Positions 1 through 12,589 of a DNA stretch of 64,000 bases are shown piece by piece; position 1 is the first letter of the stretch, and the number at the start of each line of letters is the position of its first letter. This DNA comes from Camelus dromedarius (taxonomy: Eukaryota). The DNA is taken from assembly GCF_036321535.1 (NCBI RefSeq), contig NC_087436.1:16244001-16308000 (forward strand), in the 5' to 3' direction. A model generated the notes under the pieces. The model did not search any database. It saw only the letters and a program-made list of their open reading frames with translations, and was not told where the DNA came from. The translations under genes and the position numbers were made by a program.

Positions 1-319
1 TATCCCTTAGAAACTCCAGGATTCAGATTAGCCTGGGTGTACCATCCATGTCCACTCCAACCTTCTTGTTTATCAAGGTGAAATTGTGTTGAAATAAACA
101 TTGCAAGATGCCTATGGGTTATCATTTACCTTGGTGAAAAGTAGTATCAGCAGAGGAGGACAGTATGGATTGTCAGTGATCTAACTGTAAGGCAAAATCA
201 ATTTCTGCTATCCTACTCCAGTTATTCCATTTTAAGACTAAGTATAAGAAGTCCTTATAAGAGACCTCTGCTCTGTCCTTGGGTAATAAATACTAATCTA
301 TACTTGTCTTAGCAAAGCC

Positions 320-1095
320 TAAAACAAATGTGAAAAGGAAGCATGTGATTCACAAGTAAATTAACTATCTGCCAGAACAAAATTTCACCCCTCTGCAAAG
401 AAAGACAAGATAATCTAAGCAAAATAATTGTGAGTCCATAATATCCAATATATAAAATAACTGAAAGACAAGCCCGTAAGCAGGAAAATGTGATTCCGGG
501 AGAACAATTATTTAATAGCAAGGGTCCCAGAAATGATGGAGATTATGGAATTAAGTCTGTATGTGAGTGTGGAAAAATAAATAGATAGATACTCCCCATT
601 CCAGAAGATGGAACTTAGTTTCACTCTACTCACCTCTTTCCAAGGGTGGGCTAGACTTAGTAACAGCTTCCAAAGAACACAGTAAGAGAAAGGATTAATA
701 GTTAACTTTACAATGGAAAAATCTGCCAAATGCTACTTTAACCAAGTGGTGAAGGTTACTGTTATCAGTAATGTGTGAATATCATATAACGCCCTCTATG
801 ATATTATTAATAAAAACCCATAGCCCTACTGTAATCATGAGAAAAGCACCAGAAAACCCAGACTGTGAACAGTTTACAGGATTTCTGGCCAGTACTTTTC
901 AAGATTGTTAAGGTTATGAAAAACAAGGCAAGACTGAGAAACTATCACAGACCAGAGGAGACTTGAGGGGACATGAAAACTAAATACAATGTATTTTTTT
1001 AATTGAATCCTGGAATAGAAAGGGTACATTAATGGAAAAAGTGGTGAAAGCATAATAAAATCTAGAGTTTAATTAATGATAAAAATAAATAAATG
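320..1095 (+). mobile_element. Ancient L1 3' UTR remnant (L1MC/L1MD-like)
   Basis: Typical old L1 3'-end segments (catgagaaaagcaccaga, aaggttatgaaaaacaagg, gaatcctggaatagaaa) ending in an A-rich tract. Confidence 0.55.
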
Positions 1096-1129
1096 AAGAA
1101 AATTAAAAAAACTGTGTTTAAAAAAAAGC

Positions 1130-3295
1130 TATTATGAATACATGTAGATATTTAATGGAAAACATGAACAAAATAAGGAAGCCCATGGGGAATCTCAGTA
1201 CAAAAATGGGAGCTATAAAAAAGAATGAAATCAAGTTTTAAAACTAAAATTACGGTATTTGAACTGAAAACTTAACTTGATAGGCTTAACATTTTATTTG
1301 ATACTGTAAAAGAAAAGATCAGTTAAACTAAAGACAATGCAACTGAAACTATTTAACTGAAGTACAGAAAGGAAAAAAATTCATACAAAATGAACAGAAC
1401 ATTTGTCAGCTATGGGGCAATGTCAAGTGCTCAAACATGCATGTAATGGAATTATCAGAAGAAAGTGAGCAGGTTAAATATTAAAAAACAAACTTTTAAT
1501 AGATATTTTCCTTGTTTCTTAACTTCTTTAAAAGATGTAACAGTTTACGGTCAACATGATAATATATTGTGGCGTTTGTAAGGTATGTGGAATGACTATA
1601 GCTCAGAAAACAGGAAGAAACTACAAAGGGTTTGGGGGGAAGGAATATACTGTTTTGTGATTCTTATATAATATGTCAAGGAGATAGATCATTATCTGAG
1701 GTTAAACTTGAAAGAAATATAAATAATCATTAAAACATGAAAGTGTGGTATAGATAGTAAACCAATACAAGAGGTAAAATGGAATACAAAAAAATTAATC
1801 CAAAAGAAGTTTAAAAGAAGAAAAAAAAAGAATCAAAGAACAAATAAAAAGATGGACTTAAACCTAATTATATCAGTAATTACCTTAAATGTAAATGATC
1901 TAATTAAAATTGAACATTTAAAAACAGAGATCTTCAAGCTCATTAAAAGTAAGATACAAGTGTGTGTTTACAAAAGATGTAATTAAATCTAAAGACAGAA
2001 GGATGATAACAAATACATCTCACATGTAAACACTAATCATAAGAAACCTGGAATCCCAATATTAAAAATAGATAAAATATATTTCAGGAATACTGACAGA
2101 GATGAAGTACATTTCACAGTAAGAGGTCCAGTTTGTCAAGAAGGTATAACAATCCTAAATGTGTGTGTGTTTGTGGTAGATAGAATAGGAATTCCCCAAA
2201 GATGTCCATATCCCAGTCCACAGAACCTGTGTATAATGCACCCTACATGGTAAAGGGACTTTGCAGGGCTGATTAAATTAAGCATCTGGAGGTGGGGAGA
2301 TTATTCTGGATTATCTGGATCTGCCCCGTGTAAATACAACAGTCCTTATAGGAGAAAGAAGAGATAGGAGCATTTAGAGAATGAAATGTGACATCAGAAG
2401 CAGAAGTCAGTCAGAGAGAGAGATCTAAAGATTCTGATTCTATGCTGTTGGCTTTGAAGATGGAGGAAGAAGGGGCTGTTGGCCAAAGAATGCAGGGAGT
2501 CTCTAGAAGGTGGAAAGACAGGGAAATAGATTCTCCCCGCAAGCCTCCAGAAGGAATTCAGACTTGTTTTGTTTTAGCCCATTGAGACCTATTTCAGACT
2601 TCTGACCTCCAAGACTATAAGATAATTTTGCATGTTTTAAGGCACTGTTTGTGGCAACTTGTAGCAGCAATAGGAAACTGATACAGCATCAAATAATAGA
2701 AATTGTAAAATGGGAAGCAAAGCCTGAAGAAACTAAAGGGAGCAATAAATTCACAATTATAGTTGGAGATTTTAAAATGTCTCCCTCAGTAATTGAACAA
2801 TAGGCATAAAGTCAGAAGCTATATCGAAGACTTAAACAACACTGTCAACCAATTTGATCTAATTGACATTAATAAGGCATTATGCTTAGTAACTCCAGAA
2901 GTTACAAGTGGAGGTGAAAAGTTTACTGTGAAGACTATTTGTTGGATCATAAGAAAAGGTGTGTTAATTTGACAGAATTTGAATTCTAGAGATTATATCT
3001 CTATTCACAATGCAATAAAACTAGAAATCAAAATTAGAAACATATCTGGAAAGTCACCAGATCTTTTAAACAACAAATTCTTTAAAAGAAATATACAGAT
3101 GAAGGAAGAAAACATCTAACCAGATTGATAAAAAAGAGAGAGAACAGAATTACCAATATTGGGGATGTAGGTGAGGGCATCATTATAGATCTTAATTTTG
3201 GCAACTGAGGTCAAATGAATAAATTCCTAGAAAGTCTGAAACGTCCAAAGCTCATTTAATTAGAAATAGATAACCCAAATAGCTCTCTGTACATT
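1130..3295 (+). mobile_element. Decayed ancient L1 (ORF1 and ORF2 5' remnants), split by an MLT1 LTR
   Basis: A-rich + strand with ORF2 endonuclease-region remnants (ttaaatgtaaatg, acaatcctaaatgtg, atagttggagatttt, aaactagaaatca). Confidence 0.65.
2172..2685 (+). mobile_element. MaLR solo LTR (MLT1D-like)
   Basis: TG...CA termini (tgtggtagatagaat ... gcagcaataggaaactgataca). Internal ccccaaagatgtcc, gctttgaagatggagg, gacttctgacctcca. Confidence 0.85.
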
Positions 3296-3526
3296 TAGAA
3301 GAAGGAGGAAGAGGACGGAGAGGAGGGGGAAGAAAAGATTTTGGAAACTTTAAAGGAGAAAAAAGGTAAATAGGTTGAACTCCAGAAACTACTGAAAGAA
3401 AGGAAAGAAAAAGTGACTCTTGTCCTCCATAACAATATCCAAAAATTGCTAACATAATATAGTAAAAAAAAAAAAAAATTAGAAAATGACCTGCCTTTTC
3501 TCATTCAGATTTTAATAAATGTTTTT

Positions 3527-3554
3527 ATGCATGCATGCATGCATGCATGCATGC
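3527..3554. repeat. (ATGC)7 self-complementary microsatellite
   Basis: atgcatgcatgcatgcatgcatgcatgc read directly. Confidence 0.95.
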
Positions 3555-4167
3555 ACACATAGTTTTATTATAAATATAATCAACTCAGTGGTTGTCTTTG
3601 TTGCTTTTGGGTTTTATTTCTAAGCTGTTTCCCCCTCTTTTCTTGGCTCTCCTCACCCCCATCTCCTACCTCCCAGATCCTCTTCTCTGACACTTAACAT
3701 ATATTAACAATCTAGTATGTAATCTTTCGTATTTCTCTCCATTTTCATATAAATTTGTGTTCTTGGGGAATTTATTGATTTACAAAAATGAAATCCTGTA
3801 ACATACACTTCTTGGTTTTTCTCACTCTGCTACGTACTGATGCTGCATATCTAACCAAGTCAAGTTGATGTGGGTTTAATTCATTCTTTTCAATAACTGA
3901 ACAAGAAGGTGTATCACAATTTTTCACCCATTTTCCTAATGAAATACATTGGATTTCACAGTCTTGTTTTCCATTTTCATTTTTGTCACTATGAAAAATG
4001 TGGCTATCTTTATTTTTAATAGATAATGTAAAACTTCTTTCCAAAAGAGTTTCACATGTCATGTTTTCACCAGCAGTATACACTCTGCATTCCTATCAGC
4101 CAAATGTGTTATATAGTTCTTTGCCACGTTTAAGCCTGACATAGTTGTCATCCAGAGTGGCAAGAAC

Positions 4168-5020
4168 TGTCAAGGATCTGAACTTTCATGCTGCTTGCAA
4201 GCTAACAATTTATCCTGCGAAAACTTCATGAAGGCTGGCAGAAGACATGAGACTCCAGGGTCAGAGGCAAAGACCTTTCTTACAACACAACAAAGAGAAA
4301 GAGCATCATGGTAATGTCTGTTCCTCCTGCCCCCAAGTTTTTTGAGGTGAATGTGGAGGGTGCTCTGGACTGAATTATGTTCTTTTTCATTCATGTGTTG
4401 AAATCCTAACCCCTCATTGTGACTATATTTGGAGATGAGGTCTTTAGGAGCTAATTAGGTTTAATGTGGTCATAAGGTTGGTGCCCTAATTGAATAGGAC
4501 TTTGGCCATGAAGGGGAAGAGAGACCTTTTTCTTTCTTTACCATGTGAGGACACTGCAGGAAGGTAACCATCTGCAAGCCAGGAAGAGAGCTCTCACCAG
4601 GAATAAATATTCCGGCACATTGACCTTGGACTTTCAGCCTCCAGAAGTGTGAGAAATACATTTCTGAGGTTTAAGCCACCCAGTCTGTGATACTGTATTA
4701 CGGCAGCCTGAGCAGACCAAGACCAGAAGCCCAGGTAGATGTGTATCCAGTGAGAGTTTACATCTCAGTTGAGCAACCTCAGTCTTCAGGAACCCAAAAT
4801 GTTTACAATGGGCAGTGAAGTCTGGCCCTTGCCCCAGAGGTCATCATTATCTTTATTATACTGAACAGTAAACAAACTTGCCCTTTGCTCTGAAGCAAGG
4901 CACTGCCTGTCTGTTCCAAGACTGTTCTCTATACAAACATCCTTAAAAAGAATGTCTGGAACAAAAGGGCAGTCTTGCCTCACTCTGAAGACCTGCGGAA
5001 ATATCAGCACCTAAAACAAA
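4168..5020. mobile_element. Old ERVL-type LTR interrupted by an MLT1A-like LTR
   Basis: gcttgcaagctaacaa ... gctggcagaagacatgagactcc and atacaaacatccttaaaaag resemble old ERVL-class LTRs. Exact family not determined. Confidence 0.5.
4361..4724 (+). mobile_element. MaLR solo LTR (MLT1A-like)
   Basis: tgctctggactgaatt ... gttgaaatcctaacccc ... ctgcaagccaggaagagag ... ggactttcagcctccagaa ... tttaagccacccagtct ... gcagcctgagcagaccaagac. Confidence 0.85.
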
Positions 5021-5978
5021 GTCGGCGTGATTATATTTTAGGACTTGGTCTTTCAGTCTCTTTCCATCTGTAAATAATACTTGTGTTTATTCTGTCATCA
5101 GTGTGCTCTCTTTAACAGTTCTTAACAGATATCTAACTTTAAATTTACTTTACGTATTTAGCACCTTTTGAAATCTCTCACAAGCTACTTCCTTACTCAT
5201 TGTCTCTACTTAACATAGCCTGTGAATTTTGCATATATGCCATAAGTTACTGTGTTGCTCTCAGTGTTTAATGTTTCTTTTGGTTTTAATCTCACTTACT
5301 TTCTTTTATAGCAGAATTGAATGATGTTAGGTAATTTAGAAAATTCACATTACATATCTGTTCATACTTTTTGGATGGATGGGGTGAGATATCAGAAAAC
5401 TTTTATTTCTTTTAGGTGCTAATAATTCATCATAGGACAATGACACTTTCATAGGATTTTTTCCAATTTCTAGGAAAGTATCCACTATTTTTGCTCTTAT
5501 AATATGTTCCTTTTAAAGTGAACCAAATATTAAACTCCTAGTTCCTTAGTACTTACAAGAGATTATTTTTAACTACTCTCTCCAGGAACAATAAATTTTA
5601 CTAACCTTGATCATGGCCCCACTGAATGCCTTTACCAGAATCTGAGACACAAAGTCAACTATTTCAGCAAATCTCGGGGATCTATTTTCTATTCAGTTTT
5701 GAAGCTAATGGTAAAAGCAAGGAGTGTGAAATGAGGAATAGTTTTTAGCTTAAATAGTTAATCTTATCATTTATTCATTGAGTATACATTTATTGAGTTC
5801 TATAATGTACTAAGTACTCTAGGCTTATGAGAGTAAGTACTATGTATGTCTACCTAAGGAAATTTATTGTCTGGTAAGGGAGGTATTTACAAATAAATGG
5901 AATTTGTACTAGGTCTGTGATATCACAAAACTGGATGGTTGAAGCTGCTTGGGAAGTCAGAGGTTTTACAAGCCCTTT

Positions 5979-8800
5979 TTTGTTTTTAACATTTTTTATT
6001 GATTTATAATCATTTTATAATGTTGTGTCAAATTCCAGTGTTCAGCACAATTTTTCAGTTATTCATGGACATATACACACTCATTGTCACATTTTTTTCT
6101 CTGTGAGTTATCATAACATTTTGTGTATATTTCCCTGTGCTATACAGTGTAGTCTATTCTACAATTTTGAAATCCCAGTCTATCCCTTCCCACCCTCCAC
6201 CCCCCTGGTAACCACAAGTCTGTATTCTCTGTCTGTGAGTCTATTTCTGTCCTTTATTTACGCTTTGTTTTTGTTTGTTTGTTTGTTTTTGTTTTTGTTT
6301 TTTAGATTCCACATATGAGCGATCTCATATGGTATTTTTGTTTCTCTCCGGCTTACTTCACTTAGAATGACATTCTCCAGGAGCATCCATGTTGCTGCAA
6401 ATGGCATTATGTTGTCGGTTTTTATGGCTGAGTAGTATTCCATTGTATAAATATACCACCTCTTCTTTATCCAGTCACCTGTTGATGGACATTTAGGCTG
6501 TTTCCATGTTTTGGCTATTGTAAATAGTGCTGCTATGAACATTGGGGTGCAGGTGTCATCCTGAAGTAGATTTCCTTCTGGATACAAGCCCAGGAGTGGG
6601 ATTCCTGGGTCATATGGTAAGTCTATTTCTAGTCTTTTGAGGAATCTCCACGCTGTTTTCCATAGTGGCTGCACCAAACTGCATTCCCACCAGCAGTGTA
6701 GGAGGGTTCCCCTTTCTCCACAGCCTCTCCAGCATTTGTCATTTGTAGATTTTTGAATGATGGCCATTCTGACTGGTGTGAGGTGATACCTCATTGTAGT
6801 TTTGATTTGCATTTCTCTGATAATTAGTGATACTGAGCATTTTTTCATGTGCTTTTTGATCATTTGTATGTCTTCCTTGGAGAATTGCTTGTTTAGGTCT
6901 TCTGCCCATTTTTGGATTGGGTTGTTTATTTTTTTCTTATTGAGTCGTATGAGCTGCTTATATATTCTGGAGATCAAGCCTTTGTCGGTTTCACTTGCAA
7001 AAATTTTCTCCCATTCCGTAGGTTTTCTTCTTGTTTTATTTCTGGTTTCCTTTGCTGTGCAGAAGCTTGTAAGTTTCATTAGGTCCCATTTGTTTATTCT
7101 TGCTTTTATTTCTTCTAGGAGAAAATTTTTGAGATGTATGTCAGATAATGTTTTGCCTATGTTTTCCTCTAGGAGGTTTATTGTATCTTGTCTTATGTTT
7201 AAGTCTTTAATCCATTTTGAGTTGATTTTTGTATATGGTGTAAGGGAGTGTTCTAGCTTCATTGTTTTACATGCTGCTGTCCAGTTTTCCCAACACCGTT
7301 TGCTGAAGAGACTGTCTTTATTCCAATGTATATTCTTGCCTCCTTTGTCAAAGATGAGTTGACCAAAAGTTTGTGGGTTCATTTCTGGGCTCTCTATTCT
7401 GTTCCATTGGTCTATATGTCTGTTTTGGTACCAATACCATGCTGTCTTGATGACTGTAGCTCTATAGTATTGTCTGAAGTCTGGGAGAGTTATTCCTCCA
7501 GCCTCTTTCTTTCTCTTCAGTAATGCTTTGGCAATTCTAGGTCTTTGATGGTTCCATATGAATTTTATTATGATTTGTTCTAGTTCTGTGAAATCTGTCC
7601 TGGGTAATTGGATAGGGATTGCATTAAATCTGTAGATTGCCTTGGGCATTGTGTCCATTTTAACTATATTGATTCTTCCAATCCAAGAGCATGGAATATC
7701 TTTCCATTTTTTAAAGTCTTCTTTAATTTCCTTCATCAATGGTTTATAGTTTTCTGTGTATAATTCTTTCACCTCCTTGGTTAGATTTATTCCCAGATAT
7801 TTTATTACTTTGGGTGCTATTTTAAAGGGGATTGTTTCTTTACTTTCTTTTTCTGTTGATTTATCGTTAGTGTAAAGAAATGCAACTGATTTTTGAACGT
7901 TAATTTTGTAACCTGCTACCTTGCTGAATTCTTCAATCAGCTCTAGTAGCTTTTGTGTGGACCTTTTAGGGTTTTCTATATATAGTAACATGTCATCAGC
8001 ATATAATGACACTTTTACCTCTTCTTTTCCAATTTGGATCCCTTTTATTTCTTTCTCTTGCCTGACTGCTGTGGCTAGGACTTCCAGGACTATGTTGAAT
8101 AGGAGTGGTGATAGTGGGCATCCTTGTCTTGTCCCAGATTTTAGTGGGAAGCTTTTGAGTTTTTCACCGCTGAGTACTATGCTGGCTGTAGGTTTGTCAT
8201 ATATAGCTTTTATTATGTTGAGATATGTTCCCTCTATACCCACTTTGGCGAGAGTTTTTATCATAAATGGGTGTTGAATTTTATCAAATGCTTTTTCTGC
8301 ATCGATTGAGATGATCACGTGGTTTTTGTCCTTTCTCTTGTTGATGTGATGTATTACACTGATTGATTTGCATATGTTGAACCAGCCTTGTGTCCCTGGG
8401 ATGAACCCCACTTGGTCATGATGTATAATCTTTTTTATGTGTCGTTGGATTCTATTTGCTAAAATTTTGGTGAGGATTTTGGCGTCTATGTTCATCAGTG
8501 ATATTGGCCTATAATTCTCTTTTTTTGTAGTGTCTTTGCCTGGTTTGGGTATCAGGGTGGTGGTGGCTTCATAGAATGAGTTTGGGAGTATTCCCTCCTT
8601 TTCAATCGTCTGGAAGAGTTTGAGAAGGACTGGTATGAGTTCTTCTTTGTATGTTTGGTAGAATTCCCCAGTGAAGCCGTCCGGTCCTGGACTTTTATTT
8701 GTAGGGAGGTTTTTAATTGCTATTTCTATTTCCTTTCTAGTGATCGGATTGTTCAAGTGTTCAGATTCTTCTTGATTCAGTTTTGGTGGACAGTATGTTC
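5979..8800 (-). mobile_element. Young 5'-truncated LINE-1 (about 2.8 kb), antisense to LRBA
   Basis: Perfect TSD caagcccttt at 5969-5978 and 8801-8810. T-rich tail and tttatt (AATAAA on -) near 5979-6000. 3' UTR about 6000-6300. Uninterrupted ORF2 frame. Confidence 0.97.
6258..8756 (-). pseudogene. LINE-1 ORF2p fragment (RT and C-terminal Cys-rich domain; no endonuclease, ORF1 or promoter)
   Basis: 832-aa ORF with [22 protein letters not shown] and YADD RT motifs, plus CWRGC...LLHCWWEC. The C-terminus is frameshifted after EVS and reads into the 3' UTR. Confidence 0.93.
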
Positions 8801-8849
8801 CAAGCCCTTTGCTTGGACTTTAAGGATGAGAGTTTCACCATGGAGGAAG

Positions 8850-9065
8850 TATTATGTAGTGGCTTAGAGCACAGTGTTAGACGTCTAGTAGATGTGGCTG
8901 CACCACTTACTAGTTAAATGATTTTGACCAAGTCATCTAACTCTCAAAGATTGTTTTGTAATTTATAAAATGGTGAAAATGACATCTATTTCTTAGTACC
9001 GTTTTAAGAATTAATTGAAATGAAGTACTTAGTGTAGATCCTGGCATATAATGAGCTTTAATTAA
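8850..9065 (+). mobile_element. MIR SINE remnant
   Basis: Core-like ccacttactag...accaagtcatctaactctc...ataaaatgg...gtacttag. Confidence 0.55.
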
Positions 9066-9149
9066 ATTGTATTTCTTGGTATTACTGTCTACTACTACTC
9101 TGATACAACCACTGCTACCACCTCCTCTGTCAAACTCATTAAGAGTTTA

Positions 9150-9840
9150 CTTTCCAAATAGGAAGGCCAGTGCCCTGGAAAGCATGCAAGCATGAGACAG
9201 CATAGCATGGTCGAAGGAGTGTATGTTGTGTGACATGGTGGGAACATGAGCTATGCCTATGAAAATATTCACATAAGATGGGGAGTTGTTCTAAAGGAGA
9301 TTTCAGTATACATGACCAAGAGCAGAGGGATGTAGGTGTTGGTAGGGAGATGGAATCTATTGAACTTCTTGATTGAGAGGTGAGTGAAGTCAAAAGAAAT
9401 GATATGTAGGATTCAGGGTGATTTGGGTTTCTGTCTGTGGTTATGACTCCCTTCAGCAAAGTAGTCTCTAATGGACTAGTGGCAGCTCTTGAGGGGACAG
9501 TAATGAGTTCATTTCTGGGTATGTTGAATTTGAGAATTTGGAGGACATTGTGTTGAAGGTATCTAGTAAGTGATTGGATTTGAGTCCAAATCTGACATCT
9601 CCAAGTAGAGATCATTCATCACCTCTAATGTCTTATCACTAGATTCTTGCACCCCTGTGTGGTTTGGTATTAGAAGCAGTGGTTATGGATGAAATCACTG
9701 TAAAATGAGAAGGCTGAGAATTCAGCCACCCTACTAAAATCCAAAGGAAGTCAAGTTGTAATACACAACAAAAGGAAACTGGTGTAGACATTTTTGAGAA
9801 ATGTACAGGGCAGTTGAGTACATTCAGGAACAATTTGTGG
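9150..9840 (-). mobile_element. L2 remnant
   Basis: Purine-rich + strand with aatgagttcatttctgggtatgttgaatttgag, typical of antisense L2. Confidence 0.55.
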
Positions 9841-9959
9841 AAGTGCAGGAGTGGGCGAACGTCTCTTGGTAATGTGAGTTAATCCATGTATTTTATAAGA
9901 GTATCCACAATGTCTTAAGACAAAGATATTATGTAAATATTAAGTGGCGACTGCCTCTT

Positions 9960-12065
9960 GGATTTTCTTGTCTTAATAATGCTTTTGTCTGGTTGTAATA
10001 TATGGGTAATGCTGGCCTCATAGAATGAGTTGACAAGTATTCCCTCCTCTTTAATATTCTGAAAGAGTTTGCTTAGAATTGGCACTTTGTCTTTCTTAAA
10101 TATTTGTAGAATTCACCAGTGGTGCCATTTGGCCTTAGAGTTTTATTTCATGGGAAGACTTAAACTATGAATTGATTTATTTAATAATGTTATTTGTGTT
10201 ACCTGTTTCTTCCTAAAGGGACTTTGGTAGTTTGTGTCTTCCAAGAAATCTGTCCATTGATAAAAAGTGTCCAATTTAGTGGTAAAAGTTGTACATAATA
10301 TTCTCTTGTTATTCTTTTAGTGACTTTATGTAATCTGTAGTGACGTTTTTCTATCATGATATCGATAATTCCTGATATTGGTGATTTGTATCTTCTCTTT
10401 TTTTGTCTGATCAGTCTAGTTAGAGGCTTATATGTATTAATGATCATTTTGAATAAGCAGTCCTTGGTTTCAGTGATTTCTGTTTTCTCTATTTTTTGGT
10501 CTTTTATTTAATTGATTTTTCACTTTGATTTTTATTTTTTTTCTCTTGCTTACTTTGGGTTTAATTTGCTCTTAGTTTTTCTCTGTTTTTTTTTTTTCAG
10601 GTAGAACCTGAATTATTGATATGAAGCCTTTTTTCTTTTCCACTAATATAGGTGTTTAGTGCTAGAAATTTCCTCCTAAGGACTACTTTAGCTGCGTTCC
10701 ACAAACTTTTATGTTGTGTTTTCATTTGTATTCGATTCAAAATACCTTCTGATTTTTTTTTTTCTTGAACCCATGGGCTACATAGAACTATACTATTTAG
10801 TTTTCATATTTGGGGAATTGAAAAAGTCTTTCTGTTATTGATTTCTGATTTAATTCCATTGTGGTGAGAGAATATACTTTCTGTGATTTGAATCTGCTAA
10901 ATTGATTGCAACTTGGTTTTTGTCTCATAGTATGCTTTACCTTTGTAAGTGTTATTCTACTGTTGTTGGGTGGAATATCCCACAAATGTCAGTTAGGTCA
11001 TGATCGGTGGCCTTTTTCAAGTATTCTGTACCCTTATTGATTTTTTCATCTACTTGCTTTATCAGTTCTTGAGAGAGAAATGTTGAAATCTGTTTGTAGT
11101 TTCAGTTCTCTCAGCTTTTGCTCCATATATTTTAAAGCTCTGTTATTCAGTTCATAAACAGTTAGAATATTTATGGCCTCTTGATGATATATGCTCTGTT
11201 ATCATTTATGAAATGACCTTCTTTATCTCTATTAATATTTTTGCTCTAAAATCTGCTTTGTCCAATATGATGTCCTTTATAAATAATTCTGTCATTCGTG
11301 TCATTTGATTAATTTCTCTCCTCATTATGAGTCATATTTTCCTGAATTTTTGTAGGCCTGGTAAGTTTTTAATTGAATACCAGCTGTGGTGGTTTATACC
11401 TGGTTGTGTGGTGGGTATTTTTGTGTCTTACAAATATTTTAATGCATTATTCTAGTATACAGTTAAGTAACTTGGAAATAAATGGATCCATTTGGGCCTC
11501 GCTGTTAGGATTAGGCAGGACCTCAGCAGCCATTGGCCCAGGGCTAATTTTTCCCCACTACTGAGGCAAAACCGCTCTGAATACTCTAATCAGTGCTCGC
11601 TGAATTATGAGATTGTTTTTCACTCTGGCTGTGTGAGCTCTGGGTATTGTTCCCTGTAATTCAAGGGGAATGATTCTTCTGCTGGCTCAGGTTGTTTTCT
11701 TAGGCTGATCAGTACTGAAGACCGCAGATCTCAGGAGCTCTGGTACCTTACAGCGCCCTCCAGTCTGCCTCTCTGCCCTGCAGTTATAGCCCCCTTGACC
11801 TCCTTGTACTAAAGCTGGTTTTCCTGCTCTGGGTTACTCCTGCCTGCTCTGGGGCTTGCAAATAAGTCTACTCAGGCAGTAAGCTGGGGCAGTAGTGGTT
11901 GTCACCACTTTGTTTTCCTGCCTCTCAGAGATCTCTGTCTTTCATTTCTTGGTGTTTCATGATTAAAAACAACTTTTTCCCCACATGTTATATCTATTTT
12001 AAAGTTTATGTACAAGGTTAAATCCAGTCCTTTTTACTCCATCTTGGTTAGAAGTTGAAGTACTC
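9960..12065 (-). mobile_element. Decayed ancient L1 (ORF2 fragments and upstream region)
   Basis: aatgctggcctcatagaatgagttg ... gaattcaccagtg matches antisense ORF2. ORF-track peptides (KPLTRLIRQKKRR; SLTTMELNQKS) are shifted L1 ORF2 remnants. Confidence 0.75.
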
Positions 12066-12447
12066 TGACCCTTGAATTTGACTTTTTTTAAATGCTGTTT
12101 CGGAGTTTTCCTTTTTCTGTCCCTTTTTGCTTTTTGCTGTTTGTGTTCATGTGCTTTCAGACTCTTAGACTGTATGTAGTTTGTGAGGTCAGGCTGGCTC
12201 TCCATCCATCAGTCAGTGTCTTCCATGTTCCTGGCACCATGCTAAGTACTGTGAATAGAAGGATGACTGAGACCAGGGTCTAGCCTCAAAGAACTCCAGT
12301 CATGGAGAAACTCCAGTCCAGTGAGGCTGTGCAGTGCTATGGAATTATGCAATGAAATCGGGTTAACCACCAAGTCTTACTTAAATTGTATTCATAATGT
12401 TCTCATTAAAGTCCTTTAAGAAAATAGCTTTTTGAAAGATTATATTT

Positions 12448-12589
12448 GATTAATTAATTAATTTTTATTTTGGGGCTGGAGTAATTAAGTGTTTGTTTAT
12501 TTATTTATTTATGTGGAGGCACTGGGGATGGAACCTGGGACCTCGTGCGTGCTAGGCACGTGCTCTACCTCTGAGCTATAGCCTCCCCC
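12448..12589 (-). mobile_element. tRNA-derived SINE (Vic-1-like, camelid)
   Basis: Reverse complement reads ggggaggctatagctcagaggtagagcacgtgcctagcacgcacgaggtcccaggttccatccccagtgcctcc followed by an AT-rich tail. Degenerate TSD tgaaagattatattt / tggaagatcatattc. Confidence 0.88.

Noticed and set aside
6025..6318. Paralogous-looking small ORFs MSNSSVQHNFSVI... (6025-6318) and MSNSSVEHNFSVI... (43589-43888)
   Set aside because: Both are antisense readings of the same L1 3' UTR with GTG starts. The similarity reflects repeat homology, not a gene family.
6802..8277. Hydrophobic + strand ORFs of 186, 65 and 118 aa
   Set aside because: Antisense shadows of L1 ORF2, a common artefact.
6258..8756. 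Possible domesticated or novel reverse transcriptase gene
   Set aside because: Bounded by a TSD, 5'-truncated within ORF2, and has an L1 3' UTR and tail. It is an ordinary dead-on-arrival L1.
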